Shown piece after piece: positions 1 through 13,386 of a stretch of 64,000 nucleotides of DNA (positions are counted from its first letter, which is position 1; each line of letters starts with the position of its first letter). The notes beneath the pieces were generated by a model. That model saw only the letters and a program-made list of their open reading frames with translations, was not told the DNA's origin and ran no database searches. Source of the DNA: Blasia pusilla (taxonomy: Eukaryota); the NCBI GenBank assembly GCA_050084515.1, contig CM114271.1:33108001-33172000 (forward strand). The letters are read 5' to 3'. The translations under genes and the position numbers were made by a program.

Positions 1-412
1 CTTTGGTCACGTCTCGGAGCTTTTCTTCCGAAAGAGATGGCAGAGATCTCGGTGATCTCCCGCTGTCCAAGCTTTGGCCGCTCTCTCGGCGCAGCTGCTC
101 TGTGAATGATGGCATCTCTCTCTCCGACGGCGAGCGTACGCATTACTTCAAGTCGCAGGAATCTGACGGTTTCCGTCGATTTGGAGAGCTGCGAAGTTGA
201 GGTGAGCATGACTTTTCCACTATCACTACCACCACCACCACTCGGCACAGGTTGCATCCCGCTCGATGGTGTCCACTGCCACTAGATCAACATCCGTCCA
301 AAGTGTCGGCACTCACAGAATGATGTCCACGTCTTCTCGCGCGTAATTCAAACTTATGAGATGTGTTCGCAAGAGTGAGCATTGCATAACTGGCTCTGCG
401 TGATCTTTTGGG

Positions 413-574
413 ATGCAGCCCTCCAAGCTGAGTGTGAGGAGGAGAAGCAAGAGGGCAGACGAAGATGTGCCATCCAGGCGTTTCTCTGACGGCGACGAAA
501 CCGCAGAGGATGTTAGGGCTCCTCTCCCAAAAGTTCGCGAGGAATCGGAGACAGATGAGAATCCTTCCAACAAG
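413..574 (+). CDS. Putative first coding exon of the DUF1685-family gene
   Basis: ATG at 413 opens a hydrophilic frame (MQPSKLSVRRRSK...) ending at a consensus donor AAG|GTGAG (574/575). The 162 nt (phase 0) would join in frame to the acceptor at 2861/2862. The join, and any intermediate exons, are unproven. Confidence 0.45.
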
Positions 575-2861
575 GTGAGCACTTCAGCGGACATTAAGCC
601 TCTGGTCCGTCAGTTTCTTTCAAGAGAACGCTTAATTTGTGTGCTTCGTCTCTTAGGCGATTCATCTCTGTAGCAAAATTGGGCGGGGTCACATCTCCTG
701 GTCACCAAAGTAGTTCCAGCTGCATCTGAGCTAGGAGCCCTTCTTCCTCAGCGTCAAGGCAATCTCCCTCCATGGAGCTCGAACGATTGACGCGGATTTT
801 TTCCCGCCAAACTCCAATTCCGGAAACCACCCAGTTGACATGCTTGTGAAGCGCGACTCTTTCACTGCCGGCGGGTGAAAGGGCTATCCGTACAGCATGT
901 TGTCTTCGAAACCAGGAGCGCGCCAACCTCTGAGGCTCGCGGTGATTTTAGAGCAGCTGATTTGATTGAAATGTACCACTGAACGTGGATCGCACGGGTA
1001 CAGCAGAATGATCACATGCTTCTGTCGGGGTCAGAGACTTACGGGGAGCTCACGCCGAAAGAAAGCAGGTGTCCCGTTTTAAGCACGGCTCACTGTGTCT
1101 CTGAGGGGGCATACCAATGGACACTGAGTAGATTTCCTGCTGTGTCGATCAGACTGTGGTGTGAAGGCGTCGTAGTCGAGGCCGGAAGCCCGTCGTTGCT
1201 GCCGGAAAGCTCTAACTCTACTCACAGCCGGATTAGAGGGAAGTAATTTGTTGCCTCATGCGGGTGGGATAGCTGGGCAGTTTGATTACAACTCATTTGT
1301 AAGGCTTGGGTGCGGATTATGAGGCGTAGCAGTACCGTCCATATGGGCGTTGTACGTGGAAGTGGATATTGCTATAACTGTTGAGGCTCATTCTGAGCTC
1401 AGACCGAGTCTTAGCCGATCCGGGCGGGCGGGATAGATGGTAGTTTTGCTAGATTCTGTGAACCGCGACAGATGTGTAGCTTTGGTGTGGATTTGGAATT
1501 GCTTGATGTGTAGGGAATCGAGCGTCTGAGTACGGTTTTTCGTGTGAGATTTTGGTCCTCTGCATTTATCCGACCTCAAGCGGCTAGACGGTCGGTCTTG
1601 CGAAGTTACCTCCCGTCACGGCCTTACCTTAGTCATCGTCATTTTCACGTCGACCTTTTTGGATCGGATTGCGTGGGTGCGCAACCGCTAGAGTATTTGG
1701 ACATCTTACCCTAGTGGTCCTCTTCCACCAAGATGTGCCATCTTCGGAGTTATTTCCGTCTGAGTAAGGTGGAAACTCCTGTATCTTCTGGCCATCTCCT
1801 CACGCGATCTCTTCTCAGCGAGGGAGAAGTAATATTCTAGCGAGGGCAGTCGTATGTGCACCGGAATTTCACCTCTTTCTGTGAGATTGCGTGTGGCAGT
1901 CTACAAACATCAAGGGATTTTCACAACGGGCGCATGCCATCCACTATGTTGACTCGCCGCCACGACATCTTCTTAGCTTCAGCAAGCTCTGAATGTTCCT
2001 GGCAGCTCCTCTGGCGAGGGGGAAATCCTGAACTAGTTTCTGCTTGTCTTAGCGCCAGGTGGGGATTTCCCGGAAGCATTCATTTTTGCCGACAGTGCCT
2101 GGATTAGTAGGGATTTTTGGGTCTTGTGCCACGGGTTTCAGACTATGCAGTCTGGTCAGTTTCATGAGTGAGGAGGAATGTTTCAACAATCTGTACTCGC
2201 CCGTGGGCAGGCTTTCCGTTCTAAAATTTTTCGCGCTTGTTACTGCAGTCAAGCCTCCCGTTGTCGTAGCTTATGTCGAATTGAAGGAGAGTGATCTAGA
2301 TCGTTATCATTTGGTGGTACCTTCGATTGCTACTGATTGAATTAGTGCAATTTGGAGTCTGGATATGTGGAAAGGCTTTTGCCTTGTCCTGGTCTGACGG
2401 TCCCTTTTGATTAAGATGCTCGACGTGTTTGCCTAGCGGAAACCATTATCTCAAGGTCTCTCATGGGTTCTTTCTGGTCAAGCACTTTCTGCTCGTACTT
2501 GATCCCCTTAGATTGAGATGGTGGGGATCTTTCATATACTTGGTACACCAGGCGTGGAATGGAGGAACGTGACCCACTTGGCGGGTGGTAGAAGAACCAC
2601 CTGCTCGTCGCTCGTACGTCACCGTACTGCCCAAGATATTTGTGGCGCTCCTTTATGGAAGAATACCGTTATCGTCATTGACCTGGCGTGAATTGGGGGA
2701 TGCTGGCGCCATCTCTCACCTCTCTCAGCGTGTAGAGAACATTTTGGTCGCAAAAGCTGCCAGCTCCTGTTGCACTTGTGTCTTGCACTGCACGCAGTAG
2801 CCTGCAGATTACCGCATCTTTGGACGAGCTTGTCACTTACCGTTCTTTCATCTGTGTGCAG

Positions 2862-3317
2862 AAGCAGGTGTCTCGAAAGCTAGCGCTGCCGTCTCTGGGA
2901 ATACCCATTTCTTCCGGCAAAGAGATCAAGAATCCGCTGGTGCAAAGCAACACGAGGTCGGTCCCTCCCAGGCGGAGGAGAAGAGACCGGAAAAAAAACT
3001 CAAAAAGTTTGACAGACGTCGAGTACGATGAAATGCGGGCCTGCATGGACCTCGGTTTCAATATCAACAAAGACGACGTCACCCCACGGGTAGTCAATGT
3101 GTTCCTGGGCCACAAGGATGGTTACATCGGTGGAGATGACTTCTTCGATTCCCCGAGAGAGAGAACCAACTCTCCTCAGGGATGGACACGAGGTCGACCC
3201 GAGTCGCCTCTTCTGAATTGGGGCATGTCCGCACCTAATGGCAACAATGTGGACATGAAGGCTCACCTGAAGTTTTGGGCTCATGCTATTGTATCAACAG
3301 TGAGTGCAGAGTGCTGA
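2862..3317 (+). CDS. DUF1685-family plant protein, last coding exon
   Basis: Motifs SKSLTDVEYDEMRACMDLGF and DMKAHLKFWAHAIVSTV match the DUF1685 pattern (SLTDxDLxELKGCxDLGF ... KxRLKxWAQAVA). A pyrimidine tract and TGCAG acceptor end at 2861; stop TGA at 3315-3317. Confidence 0.85.
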   Translation, partial: KQVSRKLALPSLGIPISSGKEIKNPLVQSNTRSVPPRRRRRDRKKNSKSLTDVEYDEMRACMDLGFNINKDDVTPRVVNVFLGHKDGYIGGDDFFDSPRERTNSPQGWTRGRPESPLLNWGMSAPNGNNVDMKAHLKFWAHAIVSTVSAEC

Positions 3318-6300
3318 ACAAGTCGTCACATAGTCTCATTCACTTCCCCACATGCTTCTCCACATTCCGAAAGAAACATTCTCCACATCCCCCCTCTTTG
3401 TTCCCTAGTGCCAGGCAGTAGTTGGTTAGCAAAGTCCCCAGGGAGAGGTGGTCTTCGTTGTCTGCTGTTGCTCTCTTCTCATCCCGGACGCATGTCCTTC
3501 CAAGCTTCGGGTGTGCCATAGATCTAGTCTCCACCCGATAGTATGAAAGAGTCCCATAATAGTCAGTAGCCGCTCTGTGGAGGTGTTGAGCCCAGAATTA
3601 GTCCGTGGAAATTCCTCCCCCGTCCGTCACAGGCCTTCCTAGAATAACAAGGCCATGTGGAGGATAATTGCACGAGGTTTCCTGGTCACCTTATGCTGTA
3701 TCATAACCACAAGTTGATAGAAACAACAGCGCAACCCCTCTGACTTTATGCTCCACCTGCTGCTGTAGGAGTACCTACTTACGTAGATATGGATTTGAGC
3801 AAATGAGTGCAGCGACAGTGCAACCCCCATGTCCAGCGGGGAACTGCGGCACGCACCTACAGGAATCGCCTCGTATCCTCCGCACCAATCTGAAATTCGC
3901 AGAAGGTGTATACAATAGCGAACCACATGTGCTACACCCCTCCCCTCTTCTCTACACTTCTACTACCTCCAGACATGTGTCTTTCCTAGATCTGCCTTTG
4001 TAAGTGAGAGCTTCATCTCACCTCATGGGCAGAGCCTTCTAATGCGGATCTCCAAATGAAATGGAAATTCTAATCTAACCGTCCTTCTTTGTAGCTAGCT
4101 TGAACTTCCCTAACACTGTAAGATACTTAGTCCGATGGAGGTGTTCGAACACCTTCAGTCGATGACTGGACACTAGTTGAAACTGTAGCTAGACGCATCA
4201 CCAAGTTTTGCCCCGTGGCTTCTCCAAATTGGGAGGAAAAGTAAAGCGCAATTAGGAGTTGCTGTGTGTACACATGCTTTGCGATTCTCCTCCGTCTCAA
4301 TTATTGCATTTCCGTCTCTCACAGTGCGCGCCATGATTTATGATATTCGCCTGAAGTCCGCGCTATTTCTCCCGAGCAGTGCCTCGGACGTCAAGTTCTC
4401 GATGGCTACGGTAAACGAGTGAGTGAATGATTGCGTCTCTCCGAGAACCATCTTTAATAGCTGCAAATCGGAAACTTCGGAGAAGCAGGGAGCGATCGCC
4501 ACACTGCCAGCTTGCAGCGTCCTCGCATGGAAACTCTCCTCTGGATCCCGGAGATCGATGCCTATGACACACCACATCCCGTCGAAAGAGCGGAGCAAGC
4601 TTACGACAAACGGAGACCTGACCAGAGCACCTTACGTACACCCAACAAATCTCAGCCAGAGTGAGCTCATTGGGCCAAGCCATTGCCCCTGCCAGGCAGG
4701 AATACGAACAAGCATAGTTCGCCGCTGCCCGCCTATGAACCCTTTCCTGAAACGTACCCGACGAAAGAGCCTCCGACCGTGCCTAGGTGCCCGCCAATCC
4801 CGAATTGACACCGTGCGCGCGACAAAAGCGAATCAAACCCTTACGCCCGGTGACTCACCAATTCAAAACATACTCTCCCAATACGTGCAACTGAAACAAA
4901 CCCTGACACATCGAAGGCGCCCGCCAATACACAAACCGTGAACCTCGGAGCGCGGTCCACCTCGCGATTGAGCGGCAAGGAAGTGGATTCTAATATCGAG
5001 ATCGGGCGCAGAGCATGCATGCATGGCGAATCAAGAACACTGTAGCAACGCAAAACTTCCGCCGGCAACTCTCCGTATCTCACCACCGCAGCCTGCGGCT
5101 CGCCTTCCATCACCGCCACGAGAGCAGCCACGTGGACGACGGCAGTGTGAAGCGCATCGACTCAGGAGACGACGGGTGGCTGAGCATGATCTGAAGGGTT
5201 CATGGCTGTGAGTAGGTCGTCTCCAGGAGTGGAAAGATGACGTTTCACTGTTATTAATTAATTAATAAATGTTAAATAAATGAAATGAAAATCTTTCACA
5301 CGGGGTGTCGTAAAGCACGTATTTCACCTTCCCATAAAAATTGAAACAATATCTATTCTTTCACTCCTCCCATCAAAATATGATACGTTAATTAAATTAT
5401 TATTTAATTAATGAAATGATTTTTTTTTTCGAGACATTTTTCCTCCCCGAAATATCAAATGTAAATTATGGAACAAAATTGTAAGCTTGTTGCTATTTTA
5501 TCTTTTTGCTTCACTATTTTGTCTTATTGTGCATAGAGAGTTGCCAATTATAATATAATATACCAACCCAATTTTGGATTATCAACCCAAATTGAAACAA
5601 GTGGTTAAAAAAGGACTGAAGTCCTCACACTGAACTTGGACACTTTACTTGGGGAGGTACGCTATTTGGAGTTTAGGTCGCACGCCTACCCAATTTGAAC
5701 GTTCTCTTTCCAAAGGTAGAGTGTGTTTACCGTAAGAATTGTCATAATTAGTCAGCCCCTCTTGATAGAGTGGAAAAATATGATAGAAATTCAAGATCTA
5801 TTGTGCTGAGTTTATCATGAAGATGTGGCAAGGTTTTTAGGTGGCATGTTACCATAGAGAGCAATAGGAAAGTTCCAAATAGATTTGAGGCTTATAGTAG
5901 TGGTGGGAAAAGAAAATTACTAATGGGGACAATCAAAGTGGAAGTTGATGCGAGAGATCTTCACGAAAAATTCCATATTGGGAAAGCTCAAGAAGGCTCA
6001 TGGGCCTTCCCAATATGGAACTTTCCGTGGAACTCAAGTAACTCAATAATTCAAATATCATGGGTATGGGGTCATAGCCAAAAAGATAACCATGTGGATG
6101 AGTATGATGGAAAATGGAAAATGTAAAATGCATCCATAAAGAAGACAAGGGTTGGTTGAATGTGACTCAATAGATTCATGCTTGCAAGTTCATAGGTCAT
6201 CCATTATGGAGAAACTTTCGAGAAAGCATGGGAAAAAAATGGATGGGAGAATCAAAAGGAAAAAAAAAAGGGGAACACAAATATTCCACAAATTTCAATG

Positions 6301-7729
6301 TCACGATTGACCAAAGAGGTCAAAGAGATCTTCCATGAGGTTTGAGATATGAGGAAAATCTTTGGTCTCAATATCTAATGCTGGTGATTGGAGACTTGAA
6401 CATGGCAATCGACTTGGAGATCCTTCATCTATATTGTACAACTATTATGTTCTCATAACAAGAAAAGACAAACCATGGAGAGAAGAGGATACATTTACCC
6501 ATTGCAAACGCGGTGAACTCAAAGGGGAAACAAATTTGACTCCCTAACTCTCTCTTTATACAATAGTTTTTGAAGAGAGCAAATGAGAGTGGGAGTAACG
6601 AGTCTATGAAAGAAAAATGTAAGCTTTCTTGAAAAAAATTCCTTCCAAGATGTGACTTGTAAGTTCTTGAAGATGAGGAATGAATTGTTTATGGGATGAA
6701 TGCCGATGAATAAATGTTTTATTTGAAAGACTTCTTATTCTTTTATAAAGATTGATAAGAGCCATTCTATCTATGTATTCAATCCACACATTCTAGATTT
6801 GTTCATGAAAAGGTATTCTCTCATGGAATGTATCCAAATTTCATACCAGTATTATCCTACTCTCTCAAAATTTTCACATTGTGCATCGTCTCTTTTTTGA
6901 GGAAACATATTTTCCCAAGCTTGGTAGAGACAAAGTTTAAGGGAGATTCCCCATTTCAAAAATTTCTTATGAATTGTGAAATATTTTTAAAGATACATCT
7001 CCAAGTATTGACCTTCCAAAGGGCGTTCTAAGATGATGCTAGGATCACTTTCATATATGACAGATATGCTTCTATGATTACTTATTTGGGAGATGAATTT
7101 CCGTTTCCTAATTTTGTTCCATATGGAAAAAATTGATCTGCCACTTAAATGGTCGTGAAAGTGATTAAAGAGATGAAGGAATATGGGGATTTAGTCTATT
7201 TTAGATTTTGCCTATGGAACTGTGTTAGCTTGCAAGAGAGATGGAAAACCCTTACTTCAAATTTCAATGAAAGCACGAAGATATGGTGGCAAGGATTTTT
7301 TGACAACAACAAAGATGTCCTTGATCCAAAACCATTGTTGGAATGGAAAACTAGTCGGGATGATGTGTAAATGAAGCTTTTGGAGGAAATTTGGTTAGGC
7401 GTGATACATAATAATCAACGCCAATGCAACCCTCAAGCATGTCAGCACTCCTTGAGCAAAATGCTAGAGAGGGTTGTGGATTTGACAACCAAGTTTTACT
7501 AAGAAATGCAACATAGGGTTCTGGCTTAAGGGTGTTCTAATCACATCTTCAACCACTTGAGAAAGATATATAAGCCATCTATACTATTGAAACAATAAGG
7601 CTCTTTATGATCATGAAGTTCACTCTTACTAAAAGAACTGAAACCTTTTCAAAGAAAATAAATTATCACTAGTATGGATGAGAGATGCACATTGATCACC
7701 TTGCAACTACTTTTCTAGTCCACTTCATG

Positions 7730-8600
7730 AGGTATTTGCGAGTCGATTGTAGTTTGCAATTGTTATGAACTTCGTTGACAATTGCGACTCTACGAGTACC
7801 TCTAGACATAAAAGACATGCAAACACCTTGTATTGAGATTTTTGAGTTTCCTCACAAATAATTCACAAACAAATGGTAAATGCACTAGTAATTGGCTCGC
7901 ATAGTATAAAGAAACGCAACCATAAACAAGAAGCCCTAGCCATAAATCCCCCTCTCCCCTCCAAATTGCTCAATTTCCCCCCAAATTTCCTAGCCTCCTC
8001 CCTTCATTTTGCAACCAATTTCTTTTTGCTATTGGAGCTAAGTCTTGAAATTTTTTGGGTAGGAATTCTTTTTTGATAATGGAGGACATGCAGAAGAGTG
8101 AAGTTCATATTATCTCATTTTTTTTTCTAAATTGTTTTGGTTCTAAACTATAAAAGTGAAGGCAAAAAGGAACAAAGTTGTCAGTAAGAAAAACTTGGAA
8201 GGAGCCAAATCTCCCGGTAAAAAACTATCACATAGATCCAAAAATGAGTTTAAATTGAGCGGAAGAGGAGTAGAAAATAACTGCTTTGTGAGTGCAGAAA
8301 ACTACCACTTCAACTCGCTATTTTGCGACCGTTTGACAACCGCGAGTGAGTTATGAGTCATTTTTTTGGGAGTACTCAGACTTGTAATCACCCAAAAACA
8401 ACTGGCAAAGTTGCGAAAAAGATAGAGTCATTTATGAGCATTTTATGATTGACTTGTGAGTGTAAGAAAATAGAGCTTTGGAGCAATCTTGCAGTCACAA
8501 CTTGCCTGCCCATTTATTAGGTCAGTGATTCAATTGCTAAGGCACGACTCAAAATTTTTCCACTCCAATTCGGTTGTAGTACAACTATATTACAACTCTT
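7730..8600 (+). repeat. Dispersed non-coding repeat family A, copy 1 (rich in TTGCGAGTC/GACTCGCAA-like motifs)
   Basis: Blocks such as GAGCTAAGTCTTGA, GAGTGAAGTTCATATTAT and GAGTGCAGAAAACTACCACTT recur reverse-complemented at ~12.0-13.0 kb and ~20.6-21.4 kb. Boundaries are approximate. Confidence 0.6.
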
Positions 8601-11600
8601 ACATGTCTTAGAGTTAAGCCTCTTCTTCTCCTCGCTAGCACACAAAGAGATCCGGACCTTGAGTTTTGCGAGCAAAAGTCTTGGATTGGGTCTCAAAGAC
8701 CCACAGTTCTTGCATTTAGTATATAGGTGAGTCAAGATAGTCGCGAGATGCTAAATGGTTTTGAGTCCTGTGGGGTGCATACTGTCTTCCTAAGAGGCCT
8801 CTTCCCCAAGCCTCAACAAATCTCCCCAAGCCGCTTACCTAAACCGGGGTGTGACACTTAGGTTCTCAACGTGCTTGTAAGGTTCCTTAGCTCAAACTTG
8901 AAACATGATCGAGACACGAAACATGTTTAATTTCTTGTTCCAAGACTTGAACGGGTAGGGAGAGAGAGAAAGAGGGTTCTTCCCTATAAGTACTTCAGGG
9001 GTTTCCCCGAAGAACCCCATAAAGGTGGGGTTTTGGGGTTCCCGTCATCTACCCAAGACCCTTGGTTTTGGCCCACAACCCAAATGTGGCTTATGTCTTA
9101 ACGACCTCTTGTGAGACTCCTAAGATGACTTGGGTGAGTCGCATGGCAGATTTTGCCCATTATGACTTCCCCAAACTTACCTTTCTCTCCTAAGGTTACT
9201 CTTAAACGCACACTCGTCTTGACTATCATTAGTCATGCCCCAAGTTCTATTGCCCCTTCTAGTCTTTGCTTCTAATTACTCTAGATTTTGACAAGATCTT
9301 ACTTCATTTGCTCGCTATCCGGATCCCGCCTAACACACCGACCATATATATTTAACTATTAATGACCTATACATTTCCGGAATTCCCCGCTCGGAAACGG
9401 GATTTTAAAACCATTTCCAAATTAGTTATACAAAATTACATAAATCCAATATCAATTATAAAATGAATCGGAAATTCTCAATTTTAATCGGGTAGTTTTG
9501 CTCGTAACCCGGAATTTCCCGTAACAAGGATTTCCATGAGGATAGGATAAGGTGGTCCGTGGGAGCCGATGGCGGAATCATCGACGAAACGACCTTCTTT
9601 CCTGCAGCTCGCGTGTCGGGCTCGAAGCGCTGATGGACGAGTGATTAGAGCGAGAGAGCGACTTGCGAGCTCATGATTTCCTCGTGCCCGGCGGCAAAGG
9701 AGAGCTTGACATCCTTCGCGTGCTCGTCGCGCTCATCCTTTCCGCCCTTCCCCTCCGCTCTCGGTAGCCTTCGATGAACTCGGGAGACGATGGAAAAACT
9801 CCCGACATCGCGAACGTTTCCGTTCAGTTCGCAGCGAAGTGCGCATCGTCAATCGAAGGAAGAAGGGAAAGAAACGACGAACGACGAGTTCTCCCGAGTC
9901 CCCGGGGGCCGTTCGTGGAGGGGCTGCACTGAAATTAAAAGGCGAGAGCGCTGATGTTTCCGGAGATAGAACGATGGAAGTGGCGTTTCTCCGCAGAGGG
10001 TAGTAAGATGATCCGCGGCCATTCTCCTACGGCTTCACACTCTCCCTGTCGCTCATCTTCTTCCCCGGATGCCACAGTTGAGCCATCGCGAAGCACTCAT
10101 TAGAGCGCAAGGCAAGGAAGGAAACCAACTTCAAAGACCGGAACGATCCTATTTCCAATTCCTGGGGTTCAACTGTCAGGAGTCCTAAGCGGCTGATCCT
10201 CTCCGCCGGGACATGGTGGAAACCGCATCGGGCTTTCCTGATCCAGACGCATTTGCAAATTTGGGAACCGGAGAAGTAGAAGCGATGAAGGAATCGGAAT
10301 CGCGAGTGTCCAGTTTCGCAAGGTCTGCGCAGTCTTCTGTTGCCGATGAGGTAGTTAGACGGTTCTCATGAGGGAGTCCATTTTGCAGCGGGAAACACTG
10401 GAAAAACTTGAGTTTCATGTCACCTTTTTCGACCCTTTTGAAAGGGTGAGAGGTTTTGATTCACGAGGACCACCACGATCGACAGAACGCGGTTATTCGT
10501 GTGACATGTACTATTCTTCGAGTTGTGGTGTGTGGGTTCGTCTGCCAAAGCGTTTTCGCCATTGGTCTTCTCTACACCCACAACGGCACAATGGGTCTTC
10601 TTCTCCCTTTTGTAGTATGTATGATAATTGACATGAGAAATGAGTTTCTACTATCACCTCCTTTTTTTCCTTGGAGGTCGGGGGAGCGTAAATGAAGAAG
10701 TGCTTTATGGAGTTTCAAGTCGAATCCATGAAAGATCTATCACCCCTCGAGATGCCCCAATTATATCCCCCAAAAGGGAAGCAACTCTCGTCTTCACGAG
10801 GATAGTCCTCGTGGGCACATCAAAAGAGAGATTTTCTTATTGGAGATGACCTTTTCTTGTGCACGCTCTTTGGTGGCTCTTTGGATTGCTGATGGGGACG
10901 GTCCATATATTCTTGATAAAGCAATGTAAGATTCAATGTACGCACTTTTCTTAGCATGCACTTTTCTTGTGGGCAGTTCTCACACTTGTGTTCAAAGCAA
11001 GTGTTGTCTTCGCTCTCTCATTCCCATAGCTCTTTCCATAAGTCATGCCCAAATCTATACAATATTCCAAAAAATGCACTTTATCACTGTTTCTCACGAG
11101 TGATAAAGTGTTTTCTTCTCGAGCCTTCTCTTTATGAGCTCTTTCACCCGTTCTCCAACGCCTCATAAAAGCAGTATCAGTAAGGATATGAGTGAAAGGA
11201 GTAGAAGCGAACTCGTGGCGAAAAGAAAAAAAAGCGAACATGCCTTTATATCATAGAAGACTTCCATATGAACTATCTCTCTTTTTTCGACTTGATTGAT
11301 TTAATTAAAATTTTTATATGATCATTCATTTAGATTTATTGTGATATTTCAAGGTATATTGTATGGGTATATGTGTACTCTTAAGGAAATATAAGAAAAG
11401 GAATTATTTCCTTTTAAATTCGGCATACATACTAGGAATATAATATTGCTAACATTTAACCCATTCTTAAGTTAACTCAAGCCAGCAATATGTAGGTTTG
11501 AGTCGCCATAGTATTTTTGCTTAGGCAAGTAGGAGGATGGTGGAAACAATAGGAAAATTCAAACCTACCCTTGCTTAGTTGGTGATTTTTCCACCTTCAA

Positions 11601-11989
11601 GACCATATGATTTTCAAGTTCAAAAAACCGATACTTAGAACTAAGTTAGGACTAATTGCATGACTCCAAACCAAATACCTACAAAAGTAATACGAAATGA
11701 TTTAGCGGTTGCTTGTAAATGCATTTTAAAGAGCCCAACTAGGATGATTCGAATTGACCTTCAAGCTTATTTTAATCCAAATGTGGACTTGTCCGTTTAT
11801 TGTGCATTAGGGGGATGTTATTATTGTAATCCAAATGTGAACAAATCATTTGCATCATAAGAAATGATGGAAAATTAAAAAGGTCATGTAATGATAAGAA
11901 GCACCAATGGGAACTCCCTGTGATGCATGGGATCAAATTATGATGCAAAAAAGTTCAAACACTTCTACACTCTAAGAAAATTTGTGAGT

Positions 11990-12970
11990 CATGGGAGCCA
12001 TAGTATAGTTGCATGAAATGTCATAGAACTAGCAACTTTGCAACTTGTCTCACATTTGGAACAAACTTGCAATTTGTGAATGCAATGTGACTCAAATATT
12101 TTGTTTTCTTACACTCGCAAGTCAATCATAGTTTAGGTGTAGCTCAATCGCAAAATGCTTGCACGGTTCTCGCAAAGGACTTTTACTTTGTGCGTCATTT
12201 GTAGGTGATTGCAATTGTGAGTAGTTACAAATAAGTTGCAAAAATTGACTCGTAATTCACTCGAAAAAAATCACAAAAAGATCGCAAAGTAGTTGCAAAA
12301 TAGTGAGTTCGCGTAGTGATATTTTGCACTTGCAAAATGGTAGTGATATTTGCACTTGCAAAGGATTCATTATTTAATAAAGTAGTGGTTCTCTAAACTT
12401 GGAAATTAGTCATTTTCTTCAAGTAGTAGTTGTTTGGGCTCATTTTTGGGCATGTGAAATATTTTTTCAAGGGTATTTGATTCCTTAATTATTTTTTTGG
12501 GAGAACTTTTTTTCTCTCTCTCTTTATCCTTCACTTGTTATGATTTACAATGAATAATTTTTTTAATATTATGAACTTCACTATCTACATGTCCTTTAAC
12601 ATCCAAAATCAATTTCAAAAGATTCCCAAAATGCCTAAAATAAGTTTAAGACTTATTTCCACTATAAAAAGAAACCGGAAGGGAAGTGAGGAGAGGAACT
12701 GATCTTGAAAAGTTAAGAATATTAAAAATTGGAATGTTAAGGAGACCAATGACTATTTGCAAGTTGTAGGACTTGCTAGTTATGAATCTGGTACGACTCT
12801 AATGGGAGTAAGAGGAATATAAAAAAATGGAGTTGTGTGGAGGCCAAAGTCTCTTTGCGAACACTCACCAGTGACTATTTGTAAGTTTTAGTACTTGCTA
12901 GTTATGAATCTCGTACGACTCCAAAGTCCCCATAGTTGCAAAGTGTGACTTGCAATCATTTTTGCGTGTT
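11990..12970 (-). repeat. Repeat family A, copy 2
   Basis: Reverse-complement similarity to 7730-8600 (e.g. AATATTATGAACTTCACT, AAGACTTATTTCCACTATAAAAAGAAAC). Contains a ~50-bp direct duplication at 12751-12800 and 12873-12922. Confidence 0.55.
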
Positions 12971-13321
12971 AACTAGGAGCTCGACGCAAGTTTCCATGGT
13001 TGGAACGGTAGAAGGGTTGTTCATACTCGTAAACCAACGACTCCTCGCCAAACTACGTGAAGCTGCAATGAAATCGCACGAAGTCTACTCACAGTGTAGC
13101 TGCGTAGACACTTAAATCCCTCCTAAGGATTTTTTTTCTTGAAGTTTACACTACGAAAACAATTTCTCATTGCCCTAATCGAGGTTCTGCGATCTTCAGC
13201 TTTTGCGAAGAGATCATTCAAGTCCCTGGAGTCGGATAGATTTCCCAAAGCGCAGAGGCTCTGCAAGTGCTTAGTGATCGATGGACTGTCATGGTGAGTA
13301 GGCTCCATGAGTGTGAGCCGT

Positions 13322-13386
13322 ATATTGAATTTGAAACAGGAGTTCAAATTAACCTCTAATTTGAACTCCTGTTTCAAATTTAATGT
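13322..13386. repeat. Perfect 24-bp inverted repeat with 5-nt loop (30-bp stem with G:U)
   Basis: 13328-13351 AATTTGAAACAGGAGTTCAAATTA is the exact reverse complement of 13357-13380. Confidence 0.95.

Noticed and set aside
5780-7520. Probable decayed transposase or retroelement remains
   Set aside because: Only vague motif echoes (e.g. HEDV); no family can be supported.
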